A stretch of 64,000 nucleotides of DNA from a virus (IMGVR_UViG_2558860244_000005:15338-79337), one strand, 5' to 3'; counted from the first letter of the stretch, positions 1 through 8,423 are shown. Notes: generated by a model from the sequence alone, not told the origin. Program-made: numbers and translations.

Positions 1-428
1 CCGTCTTGATATCGCTTGCAATAAGCATGTTCCACGTCCTCGAACAGCCTAACGGCGGCCGCGCGCGCATCAACCGCTTGGATCGTGGCGGTTACTGCAT
101 CTTTGGCTTCACCGCTTCCTGTCACTGACAAAGAAGATGACGCTCCACGTACTGTCATCGCTCCGGCGAAAGGCTCAGCACATACAACCAATCGAAGCGT
201 CAGTTTCCCTTCGATGTATTCTTGCCGTTCAAGAAAATAAATAGCTCGACGATCACCTGTCTGTGTACGCATTTTGTTGCGATCATGAGGTTTATTCAGA
301 TGATCTGACATTACACCGCGCGATGTAAGTGTCTCAATCGTGGAAGCGCACCCTGACAACCCGACGATGAGCATTAATAGTGTAAAACAGCGAACCATCG
401 CTAGTACTCCCAAACGATCGATCTTCAT
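1..428 (-). CDS. Putative lipoprotein moron (partial, runs off the left edge; not in ORF track)
   Basis: Hand translation from ATG 428: MKIDRLGVLAMVRCFTLLMLIVGLSGCASTIETL...VVCAEPFAG...; lipobox LSGC; open to position 1; AT-richer than flanks. Confidence 0.7.
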   Translation of the reverse strand, partial: MKIDRLGVLAMVRCFTLLMLIVGLSGCASTIETLTSRGVMSDHLNKPHDRNKMRTQTGDRRAIYFLERQEYIEGKLTLRLVVCAEPFAGAMTVRGASSSLSVTGSGEAKDAVTATIQAVDARAAAVRLFEDVEHAYCKRYQD

Positions 429-530
429 GTGTCCAACGGATGCATCCGACTGCACAATTCGGAAAAATCTGCATCTATCCGTTAGCTAAACCCGCTCTTC
501 CGGCGTGACGGAGACTGTGCCTATCCAGGC

Positions 531-564
531 GCTGCACTTGGCCTAACGCCCAGCCAAATGCAGC
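531..564 (+). promoter_or_regulatory. Late-promoter dyad TGG-N12-CCA (candidate Ogr site) upstream of gpJ
   Basis: GCTGCACTTGGC-N10-GCCAAATGCAGC inverted repeat; CGCCCAGCCAAATGCAGCCC recurs at 7466-7485. Confidence 0.6.
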
Positions 565-595
565 CCGGTAGCGCTGCCCCCATGCCTGCCGCGAC

Positions 596-1612
596 ATGGG
601 CGGCATGGCCGATGCAACCTTCACCGCCGTAGACCTGTCGCGCATTCCGCTGCCTGACGCTGTCGAGGAACTCGATTTCGAGACTCTCTTCGCGCGGGCG
701 CTTGCGCGCATGAAAGCGCTGATGGCGGAAGAAGGCGTCGAGTTCGACGGCCGGGAGAGCAACCCTTCCACCCGCGTCCTTCAGGTCTTCGCCTACGAGG
801 TCCAGCTGCTGCTGCAGCGCCTCAACGAAGCCGTGCGCGCCGTCATGGTCGCCTACGCCGTCGAGAATGACCTCGACAATCTCGCCGCCGGTTTCGGCGT
901 GGTCCGCCGGACCATCACCCCCGCCGACGATGTGCTCGGCATTCCGGCCGTGATGGAGAGCGACACCGAATTTCGCCGCCGCATTGTCCTGGCACCGGAA
1001 GGCTATTCGGTTGCCGGTCCCGAGGGCGCCTACATCTACCATGCGCTCTCGGCCCATCCCAATGTACTCGACGCCAGTGCCACCAGCCCCGCGCCTGACG
1101 ACATCCGCGCGATCGTGCTGGGCGTCCTGCAATCCTATGCTGCCAGCAATGCGCTGGTGACGGCGATGACCAACGCGCTCGACGGCGCGATCTGGCCCGG
1201 CGAAGTCATCGTCTCGCTCCTGTCCCGCGTCGATAGCGGCGCCGCCAGCGCGGATCTGATCGAGGACGTCGGCGCGTACCTGTCCAGCGAGGACATCCGC
1301 CCGCTGACCGACCATGTCATCACGCAGTCTGCCGAGATCGTTCCCTACACCGTCGAGGGCACGATCAAGACGTTTTCCGGCCCCGATGGCGGCGTGGTCA
1401 TGGATGCCGCGCTCGCCAGCGCCAAGGCCTATACCGACGAGAGCCACCGGCTCGGCCGCGATATCACCCTGTCGGGCCTGCATGCCGCGCTGCACGTCGA
1501 AGGCGTCCAGAACGTTCAGCTGACTCAGCCACCGGCCGACATTGTCATCTCGCGCACGCAGGCGCCGTACTGCACCAAGATCGACGTCACTTACGCGGGC
1601 ATCGACGAATGA
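596..1612 (+). CDS. J: Baseplate assembly protein, P2 gpJ family
   Basis: VDLSRIPLPDAVEELDFE N-terminus, LAPEGYSVAGPEGAY motif, RPLTDHV. Confidence 0.95.
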   Translation: MGGMADATFTAVDLSRIPLPDAVEELDFETLFARALARMKALMAEEGVEFDGRESNPSTRVLQVFAYEVQLLLQRLNEAVRAVMVAYAVENDLDNLAAGFGVVRRTITPADDVLGIPAVMESDTEFRRRIVLAPEGYSVAGPEGAYIYHALSAHPNVLDASATSPAPDDIRAIVLGVLQSYAASNALVTAMTNALDGAIWPGEVIVSLLSRVDSGAASADLIEDVGAYLSSEDIRPLTDHVITQSAEIVPYTVEGTIKTFSGPDGGVVMDAALASAKAYTDESHRLGRDITLSGLHAALHVEGVQNVQLTQPPADIVISRTQAPYCTKIDVTYAGIDE

Positions 1613-2160
1613 CCTTCGCGTCGCTCCTGCCGCCCGGCTCCACGGCATTGCAGAAGGCCCTCGAACGGGTCGGCTCGGAGATGCTCGACATCCCGATCCT
1701 CGTCCGCGCGGTGAAGTCCGCCGACGACAGCCCGCTGCAGTTCCTGCCGTGGTTGGCGTGGGAGCGCTCGCTCGACAACTGGTCATCCGACTGGCCCGAG
1801 GCGATCCGCCGCGAGCGCGTCCGCCAGGCGATCCCCATCGCGCGGCGCAAGGGCACGGCGGCGTCCGTGCGCGCCGTGGTCCAGAGCTTCGGCGGATCGG
1901 TCGCGCTGCGCGAATGGTGGCAGATGGAGCCGAAGGGCATTCCGCACACCTTCGATCTCGTGCTCAACCTCGAACAGAAGGGCGCGCCCGCCAGCGCCGC
2001 CTTCGTCGATCAGGTCATAGCCGAGGTCAGCCGCGCCAAGCCGGTGCGCAGCCACTTCACCTTCACCCAAGGCATCAACGCCGCCGCAGATGTCGGCTTG
2101 ATCGCGACCGTTCGTCCCACCCTCTTCGCCCGCCTGTCCTGCACGGCCACGGCGGTTTGA
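1609..2160 (+). CDS. I: Phage tail protein I, P2 gpI family
   Basis: SLLPPGST...FLPWLAWERSLDNW...RKGT motif; overlaps the J stop (ATGA). Confidence 0.95.
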   Translation: MTFASLLPPGSTALQKALERVGSEMLDIPILVRAVKSADDSPLQFLPWLAWERSLDNWSSDWPEAIRRERVRQAIPIARRKGTAASVRAVVQSFGGSVALREWWQMEPKGIPHTFDLVLNLEQKGAPASAAFVDQVIAEVSRAKPVRSHFTFTQGINAAADVGLIATVRPTLFARLSCTATAV

Positions 2161-2171
2161 CCGGAGCACCC

Positions 2172-4349
2172 ATGGCCCTCACCATCACCGTCACCAATGC
2201 GGGCCGCGCCGCGCTTGTGAACGCCGCCAACACCGGCACCGCTGCGGTCACGATCGCGCAGGTCGGCGTTTCCGGCGTCGCGGTGGCCCCCAGCCCCACG
2301 GCCACCATCCTGCCCGGCGAAAGCAAGCGCATCGCCACCCTCTCGGGCGACGTGGTCGCGGACGATACGATTCACATGATCGTCCGAGACGAAGGCACGG
2401 CGGTCTACACGGTGCGCAGCTTCGGGCTCTACCTTGCCGACGGCACCCTGTTCGCGATCTACGGCCAGGCCGATCCGATCCTCGAAAAATCCTCGCAGGC
2501 GATCATGCTGCTCGCGATCGACGTCCAGTTCGCCGACGTCGCCGCCGCGCAGCTGACATTCGGCGACACGAACTTTCTCAACCCGCCCGCAACCACCGAG
2601 ACGATGGGCGTGGTCGAACTGGCGACCCTTGCCGAGGCCATCGCCGGTCTCGATTCCTCGCGCGTTCCAGCCGCCAAGATGATGAAGGATGCCGTCGCCG
2701 CGTGGATGGATTCCCGGTTCGGCGCGAACAATGCGGGCATCTGGCATCCGGGTAACGATGGCGCCGGTTCCGGCCTCGACGCCGATTTGCTCGACGGTCA
2801 GCATGGCAGCTACTACGCCAATATTCCCGCGCGCCTCGGTTTCTGGCCGGTGCAACAGGGCACCGGCTACAGCCAGACGACAAATACCGTCAAGATTGGT
2901 TGGAGCAACGCGAGCCGTCTGAAGGCGACCGTTGACACCACCGATCTCGGCAATGTGGTTTTCGACAGCAACATCGCAGATGTCTGGCGTTCGTCGAACG
3001 ATGGCGCCGGTTCCGGCCTTGATGCCGACCTGCTCGATGGGCAGGACGGCAGCTACTACACGAACATCATCGCTCGGCTCGGCTACCAGCCCTCGAACAG
3101 GGCCGGTGACACCTTCACCGGAACGGTCACGGTGCCGAGCCTCCGAATCAACGGCTCCGCCGGGTCAAACGGATTTTCAGCCGGAACGGGTGACGGTGCC
3201 ACTTACAGCGTCTTCAACCTCGCCATGGAGTGTTGGTACGGCCTCGGCATCCGGACCTACGACGGTTCGGTGAACGGATTTTACGATGCTCGCGCCGGTC
3301 GATGGGACGTTAAGTCGGGCTATCGCATCAACGGCGTGGACGTCTGGCACCCGTCGAACGACGGCGCCGGTTCGGGGATGGATGCCGATCTGCTCGATGG
3401 GCAGGACGGTAGCTATTACACCGCGATCCCGGCCCGGCTTGGCTTTACCCCGGTGCAGCAGGGCACAGGGGTCGGGCACCTGTCTAACGTCATCAAAATC
3501 GGTTGGAGCGGATCACGGGTAAAGCTGACTGTCGATTCAACCGATATGGGCGGCCTTGTTACCGATGCCCACCTTAACAGCGCGGGTTTGCCGCACAACG
3601 GATCTGCCATGCGCCGCAATGGCAATGACCTTTGGGGGCCGGATAACGATGGTTCGGGATCGGGCCTCGACGCCGACTTGCTCGACGGGCTGCATGCCGG
3701 GAGCTTTGCGCGCGTCGACCTTGGCTCCGGCGCCGCATTCGCAGGCGGCGTAACCGCACCCTATCTGAAGTCGAGCGGGACGGCAGATGTCTCTCAGCAA
3801 ATGAGCGTGGGCCATCTTGTTGTAACTTACGGCGACCTGGTCATCGCTCGGACGAGCAGCGCGTGGGGTTATGTCGTCCGGCCAAACGTCGCAGGCGCCC
3901 GGAACTTGCAGTTTGCCTGCGAAGGCGCGGTTACGCTCGATAACTGCGAAATCAACGCCTACAATGTGACGACGCTCGGCAATAAGGTTTGGAACGCGGG
4001 CAACGATGGCGCAGGCTCGGGGCTGGATGCCGATATGCTGGACGGCTACCACGCCAGCGCCTTTGTCCCTGTCGGCGACCTGTCGGCAAGAGGATGGACC
4101 CGCCTGACGAATGGCCTGCTATTGCAGTGGGGAACCCAAACGTTTGGGGCAGACTCCTATGGCACAATCAACTTCCCGATCGCGTTTAGCTCGGCCTGTT
4201 TTTACATCGGATCGGGCTGCGCAACCGAAGTGGGCAACGGCAACGCCCAGGCTAATGGCCCGCTCCCCTACTCCGTAACCACCACCTACGCGAGCATGTA
4301 CAACGCCGCCCCCGCTGCAAACGCCTGGTGGCTGGCGATCGGCGTGTAA
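2172..4349 (+). CDS. H: Tail fibre protein (gpH-like) with internal repeats and gp53-like C-terminus
   Basis: True start MALTITVTNAGRAALVNA at 2172; ATTETMGVVELAT collar motif; C-terminal WTRLTNGLLLQWG; position after gpI. Confidence 0.9.
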   Translation: MALTITVTNAGRAALVNAANTGTAAVTIAQVGVSGVAVAPSPTATILPGESKRIATLSGDVVADDTIHMIVRDEGTAVYTVRSFGLYLADGTLFAIYGQADPILEKSSQAIMLLAIDVQFADVAAAQLTFGDTNFLNPPATTETMGVVELATLAEAIAGLDSSRVPAAKMMKDAVAAWMDSRFGANNAGIWHPGNDGAGSGLDADLLDGQHGSYYANIPARLGFWPVQQGTGYSQTTNTVKIGWSNASRLKATVDTTDLGNVVFDSNIADVWRSSNDGAGSGLDADLLDGQDGSYYTNIIARLGYQPSNRAGDTFTGTVTVPSLRINGSAGSNGFSAGTGDGATYSVFNLAMECWYGLGIRTYDGSVNGFYDARAGRWDVKSGYRINGVDVWHPSNDGAGSGMDADLLDGQDGSYYTAIPARLGFTPVQQGTGVGHLSNVIKIGWSGSRVKLTVDSTDMGGLVTDAHLNSAGLPHNGSAMRRNGNDLWGPDNDGSGSGLDADLLDGLHAGSFARVDLGSGAAFAGGVTAPYLKSSGTADVSQQMSVGHLVVTYGDLVIARTSSAWGYVVRPNVAGARNLQFACEGAVTLDNCEINAYNVTTLGNKVWNAGNDGAGSGLDADMLDGYHASAFVPVGDLSARGWTRLTNGLLLQWGTQTFGADSYGTINFPIAFSSACFYIGSGCATEVGNGNAQANGPLPYSVTTTYASMYNAAPAANAWWLAIGV
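2742..4064 (+). repeat. Five copies of W-x3-NDG(A/S)GSG(L/M)DAD(L/M)LDG in the tail fibre
   Basis: Read directly from the translation; two copies of PARLGFxPVQQGTG...KIGWS also present. Confidence 0.9.
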
Positions 4350-4361
4350 GGACTAAAAACC

Positions 4362-4745
4362 ATGGCCCTCTTTTTCAGCGCCGCGACCCTCGGCTTTTAT
4401 GACGACACCGTTCACGCCACCATGCCGCCCGACGTGCGGCCGATCACCCGCGACGCGCATACCGCCATCATGGACGCCGCGAGTTCGGGCATGATGATTG
4501 CGGCAAACGACAACGGCGACCCGATTGCCGTTCCGCCGCCGCCCCCACCTGCGGATCAACTCGCCCGCCAGCTGCGCACCAAGCGCGACAAGCTGCTCGC
4601 CGCGTCGGACTTCACGCAAGTACCCGATAGCCCCTTCACCGCCGCCGAGCGCGAGGAATGGCGGCTCTATCGGCAGGCCCTGCGCGACCTCCCCGAAACC
4701 ACCCTCGATCCGTCCGCCGTCGCTTGGCCGAACGCTCCCGCCTGA
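4362..4745 (+). CDS. Tail fibre assembly chaperone
   Basis: LRTKRDKLLAASDFTQVPDSP...WRLYRQALRDLP...WPNAP motif; follows the fibre gene. Confidence 0.85.
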   Translation: MALFFSAATLGFYDDTVHATMPPDVRPITRDAHTAIMDAASSGMMIAANDNGDPIAVPPPPPPADQLARQLRTKRDKLLAASDFTQVPDSPFTAAEREEWRLYRQALRDLPETTLDPSAVAWPNAPA

Positions 4746-4755
4746 AAGGAACACA

Positions 4756-5019
4756 ATGTCCGACCTGAAGATCAAGATCGGCGCCTACGACGCCACCACC
4801 CGCTCCGTGCCGGTCACGTTCACCAGCGGTGACATCAAGCACATGCGCTCGGTGAACGCCGTCCTGAAGGACGACGGGGCTTACGACAAAGCGGCTACGA
4901 AGGCCCGCGTCGACGAAGTGGCGCGCGGTGTGGCTCACAAGATCATCCTCGGCGTCCTGACCATGCCGGTTGTGGAGGAGGCCGCAACGTCGGTCGCCGA
5001 TTCCGCTGCTGCTAAGTAA
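4756..5019 (+). CDS. Hypothetical phage protein (MSDLKIKIGAYD...)
   Basis: AAGGA RBS before ATG 4756; GC3-rich phage-like codon usage. Confidence 0.75.
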   Translation: MSDLKIKIGAYDATTRSVPVTFTSGDIKHMRSVNAVLKDDGAYDKAATKARVDEVARGVAHKIILGVLTMPVVEEAATSVADSAAAK

Positions 5020-5025
5020 GTGATC

Positions 5026-5185
5026 GGCGGCACTTCACGCCGCCATAATTCCCCTTTACGGAAGGGGGTCTCGGATGTTCCCGCATCTCGAAACCAGCGA
5101 GCCTGCACTCGCACTCTCCGGGCAGCGCGCCTACCCCTTCAAGCACCCTTCCGCGTCTCAGGCGCGGAAGGGACATCGTGCAGGA
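5026..5185 (+). ncRNA. Structured 5' leader of the Dam-like gene (four hairpins; long-range stem overlaps the RBS)
   Basis: Stems 5026-31/5039-44, 5051-56/5062-67, ~5067-77/5084-95, 5146-55/5163-72 and CCTGCAC 5102-08/GTGCAGG 5178-84. Confidence 0.5.
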
Positions 5186-5193
5186 TCAATCAC

Positions 5194-6009
5194 ATGTCTA
5201 CCCCTTTTGTTCTCGTTCGACCTGTTTCTCCCCCGGCCGGTTATATCGGGGGAAAACGGAACCTCTCCAAGCGCATCTGCGCCATTCTCGACCGCACTCC
5301 ACACACCAGCTACGCCGAGCCTTTCGTGGGCATGGGCGGCATCTTCCTGCGCCGTTCGCGGCGCCCGAAGGCCGAGGCGATCAACGATATTTCCGGTGAC
5401 GTAGTGGGCCTGTTCCGCTGCCTCGCCGAGCACTATCCCTATCTCGTCGACATGCTGCGCTTCCGCATTACCAGCAGGGCCGAGTTCGAGCGCCTGCTCG
5501 GACAGGATCCCGAACGGCTGACCGACCTGCAGCGCGCGGTGCGTTTTCTCTACCTCCAGCGCCTGGCCTTCGGCGGCAAGGTCTCGGGCCGCACCTTCGG
5601 CGTCAGTGCCTCGGCACCCGCCCGCTTCGACGTCAGCAAGATCGAGCCGATGCTCGCCGACATCCATGACCGCCTGCAGTCGGTTGTGATCGAGCGCCTG
5701 CCCTACAGCGACTTCATCCGCCGGTATGACCGCGAAGGCGCCCTGTTCTACCTCGATCCGCCCTATTGGGCCTGCGAGAAGGACTATGGCCCCGACGTCT
5801 TCACCCGCGAGGACTTCGCCGCGCTCGCCGACCAGCTGGCGGGCATCAAGGGCAAGTTCCTGATGTCGCTCAACGACAATGAGGGTGTGCGCCAGACCTT
5901 CGGCCGCTTCATCGTGGCGCCGATCAACACGACCTACAGCATCGGGGCAGCCTCGCGCCCGGCGCGCGAGGTGTTGATCAGCAACTACCCACCGGCCGCA
6001 AACGATTGA
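5194..6009 (+). CDS. dam: DNA adenine methyltransferase, D12/Dam-like class
   Basis: YIGGKR, EPFVGMGG (FxGxG) and FYLDPPY motifs; start MSTPF at 5194 after AGGA. Confidence 0.9.
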   Translation: MSTPFVLVRPVSPPAGYIGGKRNLSKRICAILDRTPHTSYAEPFVGMGGIFLRRSRRPKAEAINDISGDVVGLFRCLAEHYPYLVDMLRFRITSRAEFERLLGQDPERLTDLQRAVRFLYLQRLAFGGKVSGRTFGVSASAPARFDVSKIEPMLADIHDRLQSVVIERLPYSDFIRRYDREGALFYLDPPYWACEKDYGPDVFTREDFAALADQLAGIKGKFLMSLNDNEGVRQTFGRFIVAPINTTYSIGAASRPAREVLISNYPPAAND

Positions 6010-6018
6010 AACTAAAAG

Positions 6019-6083
6019 TTAGCTGACCGACAAAATTCCGCTTGCAGTTTTGCTGGCCAGCTAATATTTAGCTGACCAGCAAA
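6019..6083 (+). promoter_or_regulatory. Operator/promoter of the XRE-IrrE cassette
   Basis: 16-bp inverted repeat with 1 mismatch, TTTGCTGGCCAGCTAA-TAT-TTAGCTGACCAGCAAA (6049-6083); extra half-site TTAGCTGACC 6019-28; TTGCAG-N17-TATTTA overlaps it. Confidence 0.7.
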
Positions 6084-6147
6084 CTTTTCCGGCTCGTCGG
6101 CGTTGGGACAATGAGCGGAGGGTTTGTCGGTTCACTAGGAGAAGATC

Positions 6148-6510
6148 ATGAACCAGTTTGGGAAATTGCTTCGGCAGGAGCGCAAGGAACGTCAGATGAC
6201 GCTCGGCGATCTCGCAAAGAAGCTGGGCATGAGTGTTCCTTACCTCAGCCAGATCGAAACTGGAATTAAAGCTGTACAGGAAGATTTGGTCGAAAAAATC
6301 GTCCGAGAATTGGGGTTGATCGGCGATGACGCAAATAAAATTCATCGCGCCGCTGCGCTGACAAGAAGCATGTTTTCGATCCGATTGGCAGGTAATGCCA
6401 AAGCAGAAGACCGAGTGCTTGCGGCTTCGTTAGCCTCCGGCTTTGCTCGCTTGTCGCCGGAACGGAAAGAAGAGCTTCGCCGGATCATGGAGGATGTCAC
6501 TCGTGGATAA
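6148..6510 (+). CDS. XRE-family HTH transcriptional regulator
   Basis: FGKLLRQERKERQMTLGDLAKKLGMSVPYLSQIETG; AGGAG RBS. Confidence 0.9.
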   Translation: MNQFGKLLRQERKERQMTLGDLAKKLGMSVPYLSQIETGIKAVQEDLVEKIVRELGLIGDDANKIHRAAALTRSMFSIRLAGNAKAEDRVLAASLASGFARLSPERKEELRRIMEDVTRG

Positions 6511-7108
6511 TGGTCGTATTGTGGCTCGTCGCACTCGCCGTGAAATCGAACGTATTGCTGCTGAAGCGCGCGCTGACTTGGGCCTTTCGCCCGATGGCAG
6601 AGTGTCGATGCTTCCTATCCTCGAGCAGGTTCTCTACGAAGTTATCGAAGGTTACGATTTTCGCGTCTGCGAGGACCGCGAGATGGGTAACATGGAAGGT
6701 CTTACCGACGACCTTAAGCCGATCATCTATCTCAAAAACAGTACGTACCTTGCGCTCGAACGCGGCGAAAATCGGCCCCGCATGACCGCTGCGCACGAGT
6801 TTGGGCATTTGTTGATGCACTGTCAGATGCCCACTTATCGTGCATTCTCGACCGAGTACGACCCGCTCTACGACCCGGAGCGCCAAGCCAATGTTTTCGC
6901 AGCAGCCTTTTTGATGCCGGAGGATGCGTTTCGACGCTGCACAACGGTCAAGGAAGCGATGAAGGCATTTGGCGTAAGCGCCGACGCAGTTCTGGTCCGC
7001 GCACGCAACCTCGAACACAAGCTTACGCAGGAACGCGCAATTCTGACTGTTAAGCCGGTCCGGAAATTGAACAAGAAAAAGGGGACTAGCAAGCGCAAGT
7101 CCCCCTAG
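6503..7108 (+). CDS. ImmA/IrrE-family Zn metallopeptidase
   Basis: RMTAAHEFGHLLMH (HExxH) and ERQANVFAAAFLMP; GGAGG RBS then GTG 6503. Confidence 0.9.
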   Translation: MDNGRIVARRTRREIERIAAEARADLGLSPDGRVSMLPILEQVLYEVIEGYDFRVCEDREMGNMEGLTDDLKPIIYLKNSTYLALERGENRPRMTAAHEFGHLLMHCQMPTYRAFSTEYDPLYDPERQANVFAAAFLMPEDAFRRCTTVKEAMKAFGVSADAVLVRARNLEHKLTQERAILTVKPVRKLNKKKGTSKRKSP

Positions 7109-7239
7109 GAAAAGCCTGGATCAGAAGCGGCCCCTGAAAAGGGTGAGCTATCCTAAACCGACTCAATGCAAGCGCCGAAATAGGCGCAAACGGTTACGGA
7201 AGCAAGAACGAGCGGCCGCAAAAAAGTAGGAGACCCATT

Positions 7240-7368
7240 GTGGCCACCACTCCTCCCCCTGGGAAGAAGTGGGTGTTCGTGAAGTGGACGACTACCAAGA
7301 GCGGAAAGCGCATCCATGCCAGCTGGTATGGCAAGAAGGCTTTCCCGATCTTGGTGGACGACATCTGA
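7240..7368 (+). CDS. 42-aa basic microprotein (not in ORF track)
   Basis: AGGAG RBS 7228-32, GTG start, MATTPPPGKKWVFVKWTTTKSGKRIHASWYGKKAFPILVDDI, then a strong terminator. Confidence 0.7.
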   Translation: MATTPPPGKKWVFVKWTTTKSGKRIHASWYGKKAFPILVDDI

Positions 7369-7397
7369 CGTACACCTAGTTCGATCCTGACTTTCAA

Positions 7398-7427
7398 ACT
7401 GGCTCTGAGCGCAAGCTCAGAGCCAGT
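7398..7427. terminator. Strong hairpin terminator closing the XRE-IrrE cassette
   Basis: 13-bp perfect stem ACTGGCTCTGAGC / GCTCAGAGCCAGT with a GCAA tetraloop. Confidence 0.8.
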
Positions 7428-7452
7428 GGCTTATTGTCGCTGCAGTACTTGG

Positions 7453-7480
7453 GCATTTGGACAGCCGCCCAGCCAAATGC
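7453..7480 (+). promoter_or_regulatory. Late-promoter dyad TGG-N12-CCA upstream of gpV
   Basis: GCATTTGG-N12-CCAAATGC; same motif as 531-564. Confidence 0.6.
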
Positions 7481-7521
7481 AGCCCCGCGAAAGCTGATGC
7501 TTCTCGCGCCATGGTCGCACG

Positions 7522-8076
7522 ATGGCACAATCCAACGACCATGAGCAGCTGACCGGCGAGGTCATTCAGGTGGGCACTGTTGCGTCCATCGACCACGCCG
7601 CGCGGACCTGCACCGTCCAGCTGGGCGATCTCGAAACCAGCGATTTGCCATGGGTCGCCCTGCTCGCCGGGCGCGTGAAACTCTGGTGCCCGCCCTGCGC
7701 AGGCGAACAGTGCGCCGTCCTGTGCCCCGAGGGCGATCTCGACAACGGCCTTGTCCTGCCTGGCATCTACTCGGACGCCAATTCGCCAAGCACGTCGGAC
7801 CCCGACGTCTTCGAACTCGAATTCCCTGATAGCGCCGTCATTTCCTACAACCACGCGACGCACGCGCTCACCGTCACCCTGCCCGCAGGCGGCACCGCCG
7901 CGCTGACCGCGCCCGGCGGCGTCACGATCGAGGGCGACGTCGCGATCAAGGGCAATGTCTCGATCGAGGGCAAGGCCGAAGCGTCCGAGGACGTCATCGG
8001 CGGCGGAATCAGCCTCAAGAGCCACAAGCACACCGGCGTTGCCGCTGGCTCCGCCCAGAGTGGAACCGCCGTCTGA
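7522..8076 (+). CDS. V: Baseplate spike, P2 gpV family
   Basis: IQVGTVASID, WCPPCAGEQ, C-terminal SHKH iron-binding motif. Confidence 0.95.
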   Translation: MAQSNDHEQLTGEVIQVGTVASIDHAARTCTVQLGDLETSDLPWVALLAGRVKLWCPPCAGEQCAVLCPEGDLDNGLVLPGIYSDANSPSTSDPDVFELEFPDSAVISYNHATHALTVTLPAGGTAALTAPGGVTIEGDVAIKGNVSIEGKAEASEDVIGGGISLKSHKHTGVAAGSAQSGTAV

Positions 8077-8423
8077 TGGCCGCCATGGACGAGACCACCG
8101 GCGAACTGATCGAGGGCGACGACGATATCCGCCAGTCGGCAGGAATCATCCTGCGCACCCGCATCGGCTCGTGCGTCGGCCGCCGCGAGTTCGGCTCGCT
8201 GGTGCCGGACCTGATCGACCAGCCCATGACCCGCGCGAACATCCTGCGGATCTACGCGGCCACCGTTATCGCCCTCACCCGCTGGGAAGACCGCATCCGC
8301 CTAGATCAGGTCGGCCTCATGGCCGGTGCCACGCGCGGCTCTGCCGTCGTCGTTCTCGACACCCGGCACACCGGCACCGCGTCGAACGCCCGCTCCCGCC
8401 TTCTCGTGCCCGTCTCTCTCTAA
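8076..8423 (+). CDS. W: Baseplate wedge, P2 gpW / gp25-like
   Basis: IRQSAGIILRTRIGSCVGRREFGS...ALTRWEDRI. Confidence 0.9.
   Translation: MAAMDETTGELIEGDDDIRQSAGIILRTRIGSCVGRREFGSLVPDLIDQPMTRANILRIYAATVIALTRWEDRIRLDQVGLMAGATRGSAVVVLDTRHTGTASNARSRLLVPVSL

Noticed and set aside
1542-2171. 935-aa tail fibre starting at 1542
   Set aside because: The first ~210 codons overlap J and I in another frame and are low-complexity. The real start is 2172, after a GGAG RBS.
2742-4349. Diversity-generating retroelement or invertible tail-fibre cassette
   Set aside because: There is no reverse transcriptase, no TR/VR pair differing at adenines, no small invertase and no inverted fibre copy. The repeats are in-frame structural motifs.
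5020-5193. N-terminal extension of Dam, or a Com-like activator ORF (5075-5404)
   Set aside because: The RBS and family motifs begin at 5194. The upstream frames have no Cys4 finger and the region reads better as structured RNA.
6148-7108. XRE-IrrE as the prophage's primary immunity switch
   Set aside because: A complete cI/cro/operator module exists at 15900-16976, and the cassette's composition and boundaries mark it as cargo.
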